Source: Candidatus Lustribacter sp. (GTDB taxonomy: Bacteria > Vulcanimicrobiota > Vulcanimicrobiia > Vulcanimicrobiales > Vulcanimicrobiaceae). Taken from it: a stretch of DNA of 64,000 nucleotides. Location of the stretch: NCBI GenBank assembly GCA_965277805.1, contig OZ255842.1, positions 1,792,001 through 1,856,000 of the forward strand. Reading direction: 5' to 3'. A program made the translations under genes and the position numbers. Under the pieces are notes generated by a model that made no database searches, was not told the DNA's origin, and saw only the letters and a program-made list of their open reading frames with translations. This document shows positions 28,946 through 38,021 of this stretch, one piece after another; position 1 is the first letter of the stretch; each line of letters begins with the position of its first letter.

Positions 28946-28949
28946 TCGG

Positions 28950-28978
28950 ATTGTACCACGCACGGCCGCCCGTTTCCA
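28950..28978 (-). promoter_or_regulatory. Putative housekeeping sigma-70 promoter of the rpsB operon
   Basis: TGGAAA-N17-TACAAT with an extended -10 (TGgTACAAT). Confidence 0.65.
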
Positions 28979-29031
28979 CCCATCCCGTACCCTATGCTTA
29001 TTTCGCTTAGCTAAACGAGCAGGCCGGGGGG

Positions 29032-31152
29032 CTACGTGCCGGGGCGGTAAAGCCAATCGGCTCCGACGCCGGCAGCCGCGGGCAACGGCACGTAGTCGCG
29101 CTCGCGCTGGAACCCGCGCTTGGGCGGCGTGCGCGCCTCGTACATGCCTCCACCGAGCAACTTCACGTTCCAGTGCTCCACGAAACGGCGAAAGTTGCGG
29201 CCCATCGTGCCATGGTAGTCGACGCGGTTGGCGAGAAACGTGACGCTGCCGAAGTGGTGAATGAACGAATCCTCACACAGCGCGATCTCGTAGCCCGCGG
29301 CGCGGATGCGCATGCAGTAATCGTCATCCTCGAAGTTTCCCGTGCCGTAGCCCGGATCGAGCCCACCGATCTCGTCCACGACGCGCCGGTCGAGACACAT
29401 GCAGAATCCGATCACCTGCGAGCGGTATTGCCAGCGGCCACGCTGTTCGATCGCCCGCTGCGCGGCGAAGGCCGGCATGTCGTCGAGACTGGTGTACGGC
29501 ACGTCGAGTTTTTGCGAACCGGCGCATTCATTGGTCCGCGGCGCGCTGCAGCCGACGGTCGGATGCCGCTGCTGAACGGCGATCAACGCCTCGAGCCAGC
29601 CGTCGGTGACGATCACATCGTTGTTCAGCAAGACGACGTGCGTTCCGCGCGCGGCGGCGAGGCCTTGGTTACAGCCGAAGGCGAACCCCGTATTGACCGC
29701 GTTGTAGATCACCCGTATCCCCGCAATCTTGGCTAACCGGCCGGTCGTTTCAAGACCGGAGCCGTTGTCGATGATGATGATCTCGTGCGGAACGCGTGTG
29801 TGTTCGCGAATCGAGGCAATCGCGATTTCCGTGTATTCGGGCGCGTTCCAGCTCAACATGACGATCGAAGCGAACGGCTCGCGCTGCACCGTGACCGGCG
29901 CCGGCAGCGGGTTGCCGGGGCCGGTTTTCGTCGCTTTTCGGGACACGTACGCCACCCGGCGCCCGGCATCGACGATCGCGCGCATCCACGCGGCGAGCGC
30001 GGCATCGAAGGACGTGCTCGGCTTGATCCGCAGATGCTGCGGAATGCGGTGCGGCACGACGAGCAGGCAACGCCCATCCGGCGAATCCGCCAGCGTCGCG
30101 GCTGCCACGTCGGGGCCGCCCTCGACCGCATTCACCAACTCGTTGAGCCAGTCGCCTGCCAGCACCGTATCGCTGCGGATGAACGCCACATAGTCGGGGC
30201 CGCGCAGCTCGGTCATCTCGCGCGCTGCCCGCACGGCATCGGCTTCGGCCGCATACGCGGCGGACGCCGGTTTCATGCGCGAACTCGAGAGCGCGTTCAC
30301 GAACGCGTCTGACGGCGGCTCGCCGTGCACGAGAACCGAAACCGGCGGGACCGGTATCCGTTCCGCAAAGACACCGTCGACGAAGTATTCGCGCCGCACG
30401 ATCATGCCCATCAGCTCGGGCCAGAAATTCTCGTGATACTCGACGCGTGCTTTCCAGCGCTCGTTGAAGGCACGTTCGCGCCGCACGTCTTCATCGTCCG
30501 GTTCGGGTGCCGCAGCGATCCGCCTGACGCGCGCGCCCGGTTCGAGGAACACGCGGCGTCCGGTTTCGCGGGCGCGCAAACAGTAATCGATGCTTTCGTA
30601 CTCGCTGCCGAACGTCTCTGCGAACCCGCCGAGTTCATCGAACGTCCGGCGGCCGGTGACCAAACAATCGCTGGGCAGTGCGTCACATTCGATCCGGGCT
30701 TGGGCGCCGGAAATGACCTGGAAATCAAAACCGCGCTCGACCTCCGGAACCGCACAGACGATCATGCCGCAAATCTCGTTCGTCCCGTCTTCGGCGCTTA
30801 CGCACGGACCGACGACGCCGGAGCCGGTTTCGTCCAGCGCCCTCAGCAGCGCGCCGAGCGTCCCCGGCGTGCTGAATTCGGCGCCGTTCACGAATACGAG
30901 CCGCTCGCTTGCGACCTGACGGGCACCGGCGTTGGCGGCCGCACCAAAGGTCGCGCCGGGTCCCGACTCGACGACCGCGACACCGAGCGGTGCGCAAAAT
31001 GCGCGCGCTGCATCGGGATCGGCCGCGCCGAACGTCACAGCGACGACCGCGGCGCCCGCCGCTTCCGCCGCGCCGGCGATCGAGCGGAACGCAGCCGCTT
31101 CGCCCGCACCGGTACGGGACAGAGTAAATACGACGGCGGTCAACATCGTCAC
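29032..31152 (-). CDS. Multidomain GT2 glycosyltransferase (paralog of 21191-23158)
   Basis: SIVMLSWNAPEYTE, IIDNGS, LLNNDV and GNFEDDDYC motifs; same three-part architecture. Confidence 0.88.
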   Translation of the reverse strand: MTMLTAVVFTLSRTGAGEAAAFRSIAGAAEAAGAAVVAVTFGAADPDAARAFCAPLGVAVVESGPGATFGAAANAGARQVASERLVFVNGAEFSTPGTLGALLRALDETGSGVVGPCVSAEDGTNEICGMIVCAVPEVERGFDFQVISGAQARIECDALPSDCLVTGRRTFDELGGFAETFGSEYESIDYCLRARETGRRVFLEPGARVRRIAAAPEPDDEDVRRERAFNERWKARVEYHENFWPELMGMIVRREYFVDGVFAERIPVPPVSVLVHGEPPSDAFVNALSSSRMKPASAAYAAEADAVRAAREMTELRGPDYVAFIRSDTVLAGDWLNELVNAVEGGPDVAAATLADSPDGRCLLVVPHRIPQHLRIKPSTSFDAALAAWMRAIVDAGRRVAYVSRKATKTGPGNPLPAPVTVQREPFASIVMLSWNAPEYTEIAIASIREHTRVPHEIIIIDNGSGLETTGRLAKIAGIRVIYNAVNTGFAFGCNQGLAAARGTHVVLLNNDVIVTDGWLEALIAVQQRHPTVGCSAPRTNECAGSQKLDVPYTSLDDMPAFAAQRAIEQRGRWQYRSQVIGFCMCLDRRVVDEIGGLDPGYGTGNFEDDDYCMRIRAAGYEIALCEDSFIHHFGSVTFLANRVDYHGTMGRNFRRFVEHWNVKLLGGGMYEARTPPKRGFQRERDYVPLPAAAGVGADWLYRPGT

Positions 31153-31196
31153 GGCGCCGTCTTCGCGTCACGGGGTGCCGGGTTCCCCGCCGTTCT

Positions 31197-31204
31197 GCCG
31201 ATAA
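31197..31204 (+). promoter_or_regulatory. Sigma-28-type -10 element (no recognisable -35)
   Basis: Exact GCCGATAA ending 9 nt before ATG 31214. Confidence 0.4.
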
Positions 31205-31213
31205 TACTGAATA

Positions 31214-31975
31214 ATGGAGCTATACGCCGGCAGGACGGCTGCCACGACCTACGTGTGGCAATTACTTACCGAAAACCGCAAGCCGGGTGACGACGGATAC
31301 TTCGAGCACGTGCGCTCCGAGTTGCTCGACCTCTTCGAGCACGCGCCCCGGCTGTTCGTCGACATCGGTTGCGGAACCGGCGTCACGGCGCGCGAAGCGA
31401 AGCGGCGTTTTCCCGGCGCGGTCGTCGACGGCTTCGAATTCTCGGCGGCGGCCGCCGCCGTGGCCGCGACGCACCTCGATCACGTGCACCAGGGCAACGT
31501 CGAGGAGATGGATTTCGCGCGGCTCGGCTATGCGCCGCAGTCGATCGATGGTCTGCTCCTCGCCGACGTGCTCGAGCATCTCTACAACCCGTGGAACCTG
31601 CTGGTTCGCCTGCGGCCGTTCCTCACTCCGAACGCACAGATCGTCGCGTCGATCCCCAACGCACGCAATCTCGTTCTGCTCAACGATCTGGCCAATGGGA
31701 AATTCAGCTACGAACCGGCGGGCTTGCTCGACGTAACGCACATTCGCTTCTTCACGCTCAGCGAGATCCACAAGATGTTCGCCGAGACCGGCTATGACAT
31801 CGTCGGCGTTACCGGTTGTCTCGATCCGCGCATCGGTTCATTCGAGCCGGTCACCGCACCGGTCAACCTGGAACTCGACGCCATAACGCTCAAGAACGTC
31901 GATGATGCAAAGCTCGCCGAACTAGCCACGATTCAGTTCTACGTACGCGTGCGGCCCGGGGCGCCGACGAAGTAG
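31214..31975 (+). CDS. Class I SAM-dependent methyltransferase
   Basis: VDIGCGTG, ADVLEHL.NPW, ASIPN and GLLD.THIRFFT, a type often found with glycosyltransferases. Confidence 0.9.
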   Translation: MELYAGRTAATTYVWQLLTENRKPGDDGYFEHVRSELLDLFEHAPRLFVDIGCGTGVTAREAKRRFPGAVVDGFEFSAAAAAVAATHLDHVHQGNVEEMDFARLGYAPQSIDGLLLADVLEHLYNPWNLLVRLRPFLTPNAQIVASIPNARNLVLLNDLANGKFSYEPAGLLDVTHIRFFTLSEIHKMFAETGYDIVGVTGCLDPRIGSFEPVTAPVNLELDAITLKNVDDAKLAELATIQFYVRVRPGAPTK

Positions 31976-31994
31976 ATATCGAGCAGCGCCAATG

Positions 31995-33014
31995 CTACGA
32001 ACCGACGACGAAAATGTCGCCGAACACGACCGGCGTTCCGGTGACCGTAACTTCGAGCACGTAATCGGCGGCCTCCACTTGCGGTATCAGCGTCAGCAAG
32101 CGCCAACGGTCGCCGCTATCGACCACGACCGGATACCGTTCCGGACGGCCTGGAAACGCGCTGGTAAGCCCGCCGTTTCCCAACGCCCACGCAAAAACCC
32201 ACGAGCCCCGAAACGGAATGCGCAGCATCGCGCCGGGTTCGGCGGCGGCGGCAACGTCCTTCACGTACGCGTCGACGATCGGTGCTTCGCGTTCGTCGAA
32301 CGGTCCCACCGACCAGCGCCCTTTGGCGATGAACTGCGACGCCGGCGCACTCCAGGCATGCGCGAACAGCGCGTCGCGTGCGGCGGGAGCGGGTAGCGGC
32401 GCAGCGATCGAGGCCCCTAACAATTCGAGCAGCGCGCCGGCAAAAGGCCGGCCGAGTACATCGGCTGCGATCGGGGCGTGATGCACCCCGTCGACGGTCA
32501 ACGCGACCCCGGACGCGACGGCGTCCTCGGCGCACTGCGTGAGATCGATCGACGGCAGGCCGTAGTAGGCTGCCACCTCCTCGTGCAAGCGCATTCCGGC
32601 GGTCGGTCCGCCGGCGGTCGCGCCCTGCGGCGCGAAGTAGACGAAGGCGATGTCGCTCTCCGGACGCGCGCGCCGGATCTGCGCGACGATGCCTTCGAGT
32701 GCGCGCGTGCAGTAGGCCAGAGCATCCGGCGTCGCCTCGTTATGCGCGAACTCGATCAGCACGAGATCGGGATCGTGCGGCAGCACGTCGTGTCCGACGC
32801 GAAACGCGGCCCACAGCGCCATATAACCGCGCAGCCCCGCGTTGACGAGCCGCACGTTCCCGTTTCCGGCGGCCGCCGCGAGCGTCTCCGTCACCCGCGC
32901 GAGATACCGACCGCCGTGAGTCAAACTCGTTCCGTACGCCACGATGGTCGCCGGTTGGCCCGACGCTACCCGTCGAGCAAAACGCGGGATGCCGCCGCGG
33001 ACCTGCACCATCAC
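31995..33014 (-). CDS. SGNH/GDSL hydrolase-family protein
   Basis: AYGTSLT (block I), NAGLRG, IEFAHNE and DGVH motifs. Confidence 0.8.
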   Translation of the reverse strand: MMVQVRGGIPRFARRVASGQPATIVAYGTSLTHGGRYLARVTETLAAAAGNGNVRLVNAGLRGYMALWAAFRVGHDVLPHDPDLVLIEFAHNEATPDALAYCTRALEGIVAQIRRARPESDIAFVYFAPQGATAGGPTAGMRLHEEVAAYYGLPSIDLTQCAEDAVASGVALTVDGVHHAPIAADVLGRPFAGALLELLGASIAAPLPAPAARDALFAHAWSAPASQFIAKGRWSVGPFDEREAPIVDAYVKDVAAAAEPGAMLRIPFRGSWVFAWALGNGGLTSAFPGRPERYPVVVDSGDRWRLLTLIPQVEAADYVLEVTVTGTPVVFGDIFVVGS

Positions 33015-33682
33015 GCGCGCGGATCGTCGCGCTCGTCGCGAAAGTAGTCGTGGTAGAGCCAGCGTTTGCGCGGTCTGACGGTCAGCAGCGGCGTGCGCCC
33101 GGCGACGACCGAATTCGGCGGAATCGTTTCGGCGATGATCACGCTGTTCGGTGAAACCACCGATCGCTCACCGATCACCGCGGCGCCGGTAACCACGGCC
33201 CCGGCAAACAAGATCGTCCCCGCACCGAACGTTGCTCGCGCCCCGCGGTCGGTCCCCACCGTGACGTTTTGATACGCGACGAAACGCTCGCCGTACTCGG
33301 CCTTGCCGAGCATCATCCCGACGCAGTGGATCCAGAGAAAGACTTCGGGCAAGGCCGTGTCCCACATGCAGACGACGGCGTTGAGCGCCTTGTTGAGCGC
33401 AAAAAAATCCGCCGCTGCTTCGAGCTCGCCGGCGCGCCACGCCTCGCTGCTGCACAGCCAAAGGAACATCGCGTACTGATCGGTCTGCGCGGGATCGAAG
33501 CGCGTTTGATCGTCCGGCGTCCGGTAGCCCGGCAGCGCGCTGCACGAAAACGACCGCTCGACCCGCGGCAGCGCCGCGTCGACGATCGGCTGCAACGAGC
33601 GGCGCTTCGGCCGGGGCGATACGGCATCGAGCTGACGCTCGAGACGCCATCCCAACTGTTCGACCCCGCCCACGACGACCAC
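33011..33682 (-). CDS. Serine acetyltransferase-like left-handed beta-helix acyltransferase (paralog 1)
   Basis: LP..F..IH.VG, QNVTVG and hexapeptide repeats; paralog of 37335-38021. Confidence 0.78.
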   Translation of the reverse strand: MVVVGGVEQLGWRLERQLDAVSPRPKRRSLQPIVDAALPRVERSFSCSALPGYRTPDDQTRFDPAQTDQYAMFLWLCSSEAWRAGELEAAADFFALNKALNAVVCMWDTALPEVFLWIHCVGMMLGKAEYGERFVAYQNVTVGTDRGARATFGAGTILFAGAVVTGAAVIGERSVVSPNSVIIAETIPPNSVVAGRTPLLTVRPRKRWLYHDYFRDERDDPRA

Positions 33683-33724
33683 GAGGACGCCTTCGGTGGT
33701 GCATTGAGGGCTTCCGCCGCAGCC

Positions 33725-33752
33725 TCAAGAAGCGCGGCGTCCGGGCCGAACT
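33725..33752 (+). promoter_or_regulatory. Putative sigma-28-type promoter
   Basis: (C)TCAA(G)-N16-GCCGAACT, ending 8 nt before ATG 33761. Confidence 0.5.
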
Positions 33753-33760
33753 AGAGACAG

Positions 33761-34930
33761 ATGAAAGACCTCGCGGAGCGGCCGGCGCAGAGCACCCCGG
33801 TGGCCGGTAAAAAGATCCCCGTGTTCGTTCCCTATATCGGGGTCGATACGCTCAAACACCTGACCGACGCCTTAGATGTCGGCTGGCTCGGAATGGGCGC
33901 GACGGTCAAGGAGTTCGAGGAACGGATCAGCGCGTATTTCGGCGACGGGCGTACCGCGGTCTGCACGAACACCGGAACGGCCGCACTGCACATCGCGCTG
34001 CTCGCCGCGGGGGTGGGGCCCGGCGACGAGGTGATCACCCCGTCGTTCAATTACGTTGCCGACCATCAGGCGATCCGTGCCACCGGTGCCTCCGTCGTCA
34101 TGTGCGACATCAACGACGACGATCTCGGCATCGACATCGCCTCGTGCGAGTCGCTGATCACGTCGAAGACGAAGGCCATCATCCCGTTGCACTTCGCCGG
34201 AATCCCGTGCCGTTCGGCCGAGGTGTACGCGCTCGCGAAGCGGCACGGGCTGCGCGTGATCGAAGACGGCTGCCACGCGTTCGGGTCGACGATCGGCGGC
34301 GCGAAGATCGGCAGCTACGGCGACATGCAGTGCTTCAGCTTCGATCCCGTCAAGATCATCACGAGCATCGACGGCGGGTGCGTCGTTACCTCGGATCCGG
34401 ACGAAGTCGCCCGCCTCCACCATTTCCGCCTGCTCGGCGTCGACAAAGACACCACGCTGCGCTATCAAAACAAGCGCGCCTGGGACTACGACGTCGTGAG
34501 CGAGGGCTACCGCTACCACCTCAACAACATCATGGCCAGCATCGGCGTCTCGCAGATCAAGCGCGCCGACGAGTTCATCGCCAGCCGTCAAGCGGTCTGC
34601 ACGCGGTACTCGGCCGCATTCGACGGGCTGCGCGACGTGCGCGTGCTGCGCCGCTCGTATGCCGACGTGTCGCCGTTCATCTACAGCATCCGGATCCTCA
34701 ACGGGCGGCGCGAAGCGCTGATCGAACATCTCGCGCAGCACGACATCGAGGTCGGCATCCACTTCGTGCCGGTGCACAAACACACGTACTTCGCCCAGTG
34801 CCGCCAGTCGCCGATGCCGGTGACCGAGCGCGTGGTGGACGAGGTTCTGACGCTGCCGCTGCACACGTTCCAGACCGAAGCCGCGATCGAGCGCGTCATC
34901 GCCGGCGTGCGCTCCTTCTTCGAACGCTGA
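33761..34930 (+). CDS. DegT/DnrJ/EryC1/StrS sugar aminotransferase (third copy)
   Basis: NTGTAALH, IEDGCHA and FSFDPVKIITSIDGG motifs. Confidence 0.93.
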   Translation: MKDLAERPAQSTPVAGKKIPVFVPYIGVDTLKHLTDALDVGWLGMGATVKEFEERISAYFGDGRTAVCTNTGTAALHIALLAAGVGPGDEVITPSFNYVADHQAIRATGASVVMCDINDDDLGIDIASCESLITSKTKAIIPLHFAGIPCRSAEVYALAKRHGLRVIEDGCHAFGSTIGGAKIGSYGDMQCFSFDPVKIITSIDGGCVVTSDPDEVARLHHFRLLGVDKDTTLRYQNKRAWDYDVVSEGYRYHLNNIMASIGVSQIKRADEFIASRQAVCTRYSAAFDGLRDVRVLRRSYADVSPFIYSIRILNGRREALIEHLAQHDIEVGIHFVPVHKHTYFAQCRQSPMPVTERVVDEVLTLPLHTFQTEAAIERVIAGVRSFFER

Positions 34931-34936
34931 GCGGGC

Positions 34937-35581
34937 GTGAAGCCGATCGTGCTCTGGGGAGCCACGGGTCAAGCCCGCGTACTGGCCGAGTTTTTGGGCG
35001 CGCTCGGCTACGACGTCGCGGCACTGGTCGATGCCGATCCGAACGTCACGCCGTTTCTCGCCGGCGTGCCGCTACTGCGTGATGAGGCCGAGTTGCGGTC
35101 GTGGCGCGCGGATCGCTCTGGGATCATAGCCGCGCTCGTTGCCGTCGGCGGCACGCGCGGCGGCGAGCGCGTGGCACTGCAACGCTCGCTCGCGGCGGCC
35201 GGGTACGAGATTCCGAGCGTCGTGCATCCGCGGGCCTTCGTCGCCGGCGACGCAGCGATCGGCATGGGCACGCAAATCCTTGCGCTGGCGGCGGTGTGCG
35301 CGGGCGCGCAACTTGGGGAAGGCTGCATCGTGAATACGTCGGCTAGCGTCGATCATGAGTGCCGCCTCGGCAACGGCGTCCACATCGCGCCCGGCGCGCA
35401 TCTGGCCGGAAACGTCACCGTCGGTGAGGGGGCCTTTATCGGAACGGGTGCCGCTGTAATACCGCACGTGACGATCGGTGCCGGAGCCGTTGTCGGGGCC
35501 GGCGCGGTGGTCGTGGCCGACGTGCCGGCCGGCGCCGTCGTCTACGGAAATCCGGCGCGCGACCGGACCAGCGGCCGATGA
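34937..35581 (+). CDS. NeuD/PglD-family sugar acetyltransferase
   Basis: WGATGQA, VHPRA, IVNTSASVDHEC, hexapeptide repeats and GNPAR. Confidence 0.9.
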   Translation: MKPIVLWGATGQARVLAEFLGALGYDVAALVDADPNVTPFLAGVPLLRDEAELRSWRADRSGIIAALVAVGGTRGGERVALQRSLAAAGYEIPSVVHPRAFVAGDAAIGMGTQILALAAVCAGAQLGEGCIVNTSASVDHECRLGNGVHIAPGAHLAGNVTVGEGAFIGTGAAVIPHVTIGAGAVVGAGAVVVADVPAGAVVYGNPARDRTSGR

Positions 35582-36807
35582 CGTCCGCAACGTGCCGCTC
35601 GTGCGGTTATCCGCTCGCGGTAACGTTCGTCGACCTCGGGCTCTCGCCGCCGGCGAACGGCCTCACCGAGCCGGACGAACTCGGTGCCGGCGAAACGCTC
35701 TATCCACTGCACGCCTACGTGTGCGAAGCCTGCCTGCTCGTGCAACTCGAACTCTTCGAAACGCCCGAGCAGATCTTCCGCGATTACTCCTACTTCTCTT
35801 CGTACTCGACCAGCTGGCTCGAACACGCGGAGCGGTACGTTGCGACGATGCTCGCCGAGCGCGGCATTCGCCCGGGCCACCGCGTCGTCGAACTCGCCAG
35901 CAACGACGGCTATCTCCTTCAGTACTTCATCCGCGCGGGCGTAGAAGTGCTCGGCATCGACCCCGCATCGAATGTGGCCGCTATCGCGCGCGAGCGCGGA
36001 GTGCCGACGATCGACGAGTTCTTCGGCGTTGCCCTGGCGCAGCGCGTTCGCAACGAGGTGGGTTCGGCCGATTTGATGGTCGCCAACAACGTGCTCGCCC
36101 ACGTGCCCGACATCAACGATTTCGTCGGCGGAATCGCGACGCTGCTGGCGCCGGACGGTTTCATCACCATCGAGTTTCCGCACCTGATGCGCCTGATCGA
36201 GGGCGTGCAGTTCGATACGATCTATCACGAGCATTTCTCGTATCTGTCCGTGCTCGCGCTGGCGCCGCTGTTCGCCCGGCACGGCCTCGAGATCTTCGAT
36301 GTGACCGAACTGCCGACGCACGGCGGATCGCTGCGCATCTTCGTCGCGCGCGCCGGCACGCATCCGGTGATGCCCGCGGTGACGGCCGTTCGTGACGCGG
36401 AGCTCGCGCTCGGGCTCGATCGCGTCGATGCCTATCCGGCCTTCGGCGAGCGCGTGATGCGCGTGAAACGCGACTTCCTCGAATTCCTAATCGAAGCTCG
36501 CCGCGCCGGCAAATCGGTCGCCGGTTACGGTGCCGCGGCGAAGGCGACGACGTTGCTCAACTACGCGGGCGTGCGCACCGACCTCATCGCGTTCGTTGCG
36601 GACAAGAGCCCGCACAAGCAGGGCCGCTACATCCCGGGCGTGCGCGTGCCGATTCTCGATCCCGGCCACATCCGCTCAGCCGAACCGGATTACGTCGTCA
36701 TCTTTCCATGGAACATCGCGGCCGAGATCCGCGCCGAGCTCGCCGACATTCGCGCCTGGGGCGGCCGCTTCGTGACCGCCATCCCCGAACTTACGGTCGA
36801 TCCATAA
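35578..36807 (+). CDS. NDP-hexose C-methyltransferase (zinc-binding N-terminus)
   Basis: CRSC...CEAC, ELASNDG.LL, NNVLAHVPD, FDTIYHEH.SY, HGGSLR and GYGAAAK motifs. Confidence 0.9.
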   Translation: MTSATCRSCGYPLAVTFVDLGLSPPANGLTEPDELGAGETLYPLHAYVCEACLLVQLELFETPEQIFRDYSYFSSYSTSWLEHAERYVATMLAERGIRPGHRVVELASNDGYLLQYFIRAGVEVLGIDPASNVAAIARERGVPTIDEFFGVALAQRVRNEVGSADLMVANNVLAHVPDINDFVGGIATLLAPDGFITIEFPHLMRLIEGVQFDTIYHEHFSYLSVLALAPLFARHGLEIFDVTELPTHGGSLRIFVARAGTHPVMPAVTAVRDAELALGLDRVDAYPAFGERVMRVKRDFLEFLIEARRAGKSVAGYGAAAKATTLLNYAGVRTDLIAFVADKSPHKQGRYIPGVRVPILDPGHIRSAEPDYVVIFPWNIAAEIRAELADIRAWGGRFVTAIPELTVDP

Positions 36808-37327
36808 CCAGCGGCGGCAACGCCCGGTCGCGCGCCGAGATGATGGTTAGCGGCAGCGGCCAAGCGATGCCGAGCGACGGGCTGTCGAACGCGATACCGC
36901 GCGCTGCATCCGGCGCGTAGCGCGCCGAGATCAGGTAGTGCAGTTCGGTATCGTCTACGAGGGTCTGATAGCCGTGCGCAACACCCGCAGGCGCGTAGAG
37001 TAACTGCGGTTTATCCTCGCGTAACTCAAACGCTTGCCAACGGCCGAAATCCGGGCCAGGCCGCAGATCGACCAGCACGTCGTACACCGCGCCGCGCGTG
37101 CAGCGGACCACGCGCACTTCCGCGTGCGGCGGGTCCTGATAGTGCAGCCCGCGCACGGTGCCGCGCCGCGCGTTGCGCGCTTCGCCGTGGTGCGGAAATG
37201 TAGTGCATAGGCCCGCTGCGGCGAACGCATCCTCGTCGAACACGCGCACGAACCAGCCGCGTTCGTCCGGGACGCGATCGAGATCGATCAGCCACGCGCC
37301 GTCGAGGCCGGCCGGCGTCAGGCGCAC
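36791..37327 (-). CDS. NDP-4-keto-6-deoxyhexose 3,5-epimerase (RmlC/RfbC family)
   Basis: DERGWF, GTVRGLHYQ, GAVYDVLVDLRP, AHGYQTL and ISARD motifs. Start reassigned to GTG 37327. Confidence 0.9.
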   Translation of the reverse strand: MRLTPAGLDGAWLIDLDRVPDERGWFVRVFDEDAFAAAGLCTTFPHHGEARNARRGTVRGLHYQDPPHAEVRVVRCTRGAVYDVLVDLRPGPDFGRWQAFELREDKPQLLYAPAGVAHGYQTLVDDTELHYLISARYAPDAARGIAFDSPSLGIAWPLPLTIISARDRALPPLVMDRP

Positions 37328-37334
37328 GCGGTTC

Positions 37335-38021
37335 TCACAGCCGGAAAAATTCCTCGGCCAGCTTGCGCTTGCGCGGGCGAATCGTGAGATCTGGCGACGT
37401 TCCGGCAACGACGCTCTCGCGCGGTACGTCCGCATTGAGCACGGCGGCATTCGCCGCGATCACGCAGCGGTCGCCGATCGTCGTTGCCCCGGCGATCAGC
37501 GCGCCGCCGTACACGATCACGCCCTCGCCGACGACGGGCGCGGCCTCGCGGTCCTTGCCGAACGTCACGTTCTGCGTCAAGAGAAGATAGTTGCCGTACG
37601 TGCCGCGCCCGACGACGGTGCCCAGGACGTGATTGAGAAACATCACCGGCGGCAGCACCGTGTCGTACATGCAGAAGAAACCGTTGAGCGCTTTGTTCAG
37701 TGAGAACAGCTTCTTCGCCAGCCCCAGATCACCGGCAACGAACGCGCTGTGCGAGGCGTAGTAAAGGAAGGTCGTATACTGATCGCCGTGCAGGTGGTCG
37801 AATAACGTGGTCGCTTCATCGCCGAACGCCGGGTGCCGAATATGCGCGAAGCAAAAGCGGGCGCGTTCGGCCGCCTCGCGCGTTATCGCATCGAGCCGCA
37901 ACGGCTCGCCGTCGGGAAAAAACGCGGTCAGTTGACGGCCGACGTACTGCGCCAGCGCTTCATCGTCGAGCGTTCGCTGGAAAGCCGGCTTACCGCGCGC
38001 CGGCAAGCAATTCCGTTCCAT
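37335..38021 (-). CDS. Serine acetyltransferase-like acyltransferase (paralog 2)
   Basis: DQY..FL, LNKALNG, DTVLP, QNVTFG and hexapeptide repeats. Start uncertain. Confidence 0.75.
   Translation of the reverse strand: MERNCLPARGKPAFQRTLDDEALAQYVGRQLTAFFPDGEPLRLDAITREAAERARFCFAHIRHPAFGDEATTLFDHLHGDQYTTFLYYASHSAFVAGDLGLAKKLFSLNKALNGFFCMYDTVLPPVMFLNHVLGTVVGRGTYGNYLLLTQNVTFGKDREAAPVVGEGVIVYGGALIAGATTIGDRCVIAANAAVLNADVPRESVVAGTSPDLTIRPRKRKLAEEFFRL

Noticed and set aside
29003-29018. Imperfect palindrome TCGCTTAG-CTAAACGA upstream of the rpsB promoter
   Set aside because: Single occurrence with no matching regulator or second site; cannot be distinguished from chance.
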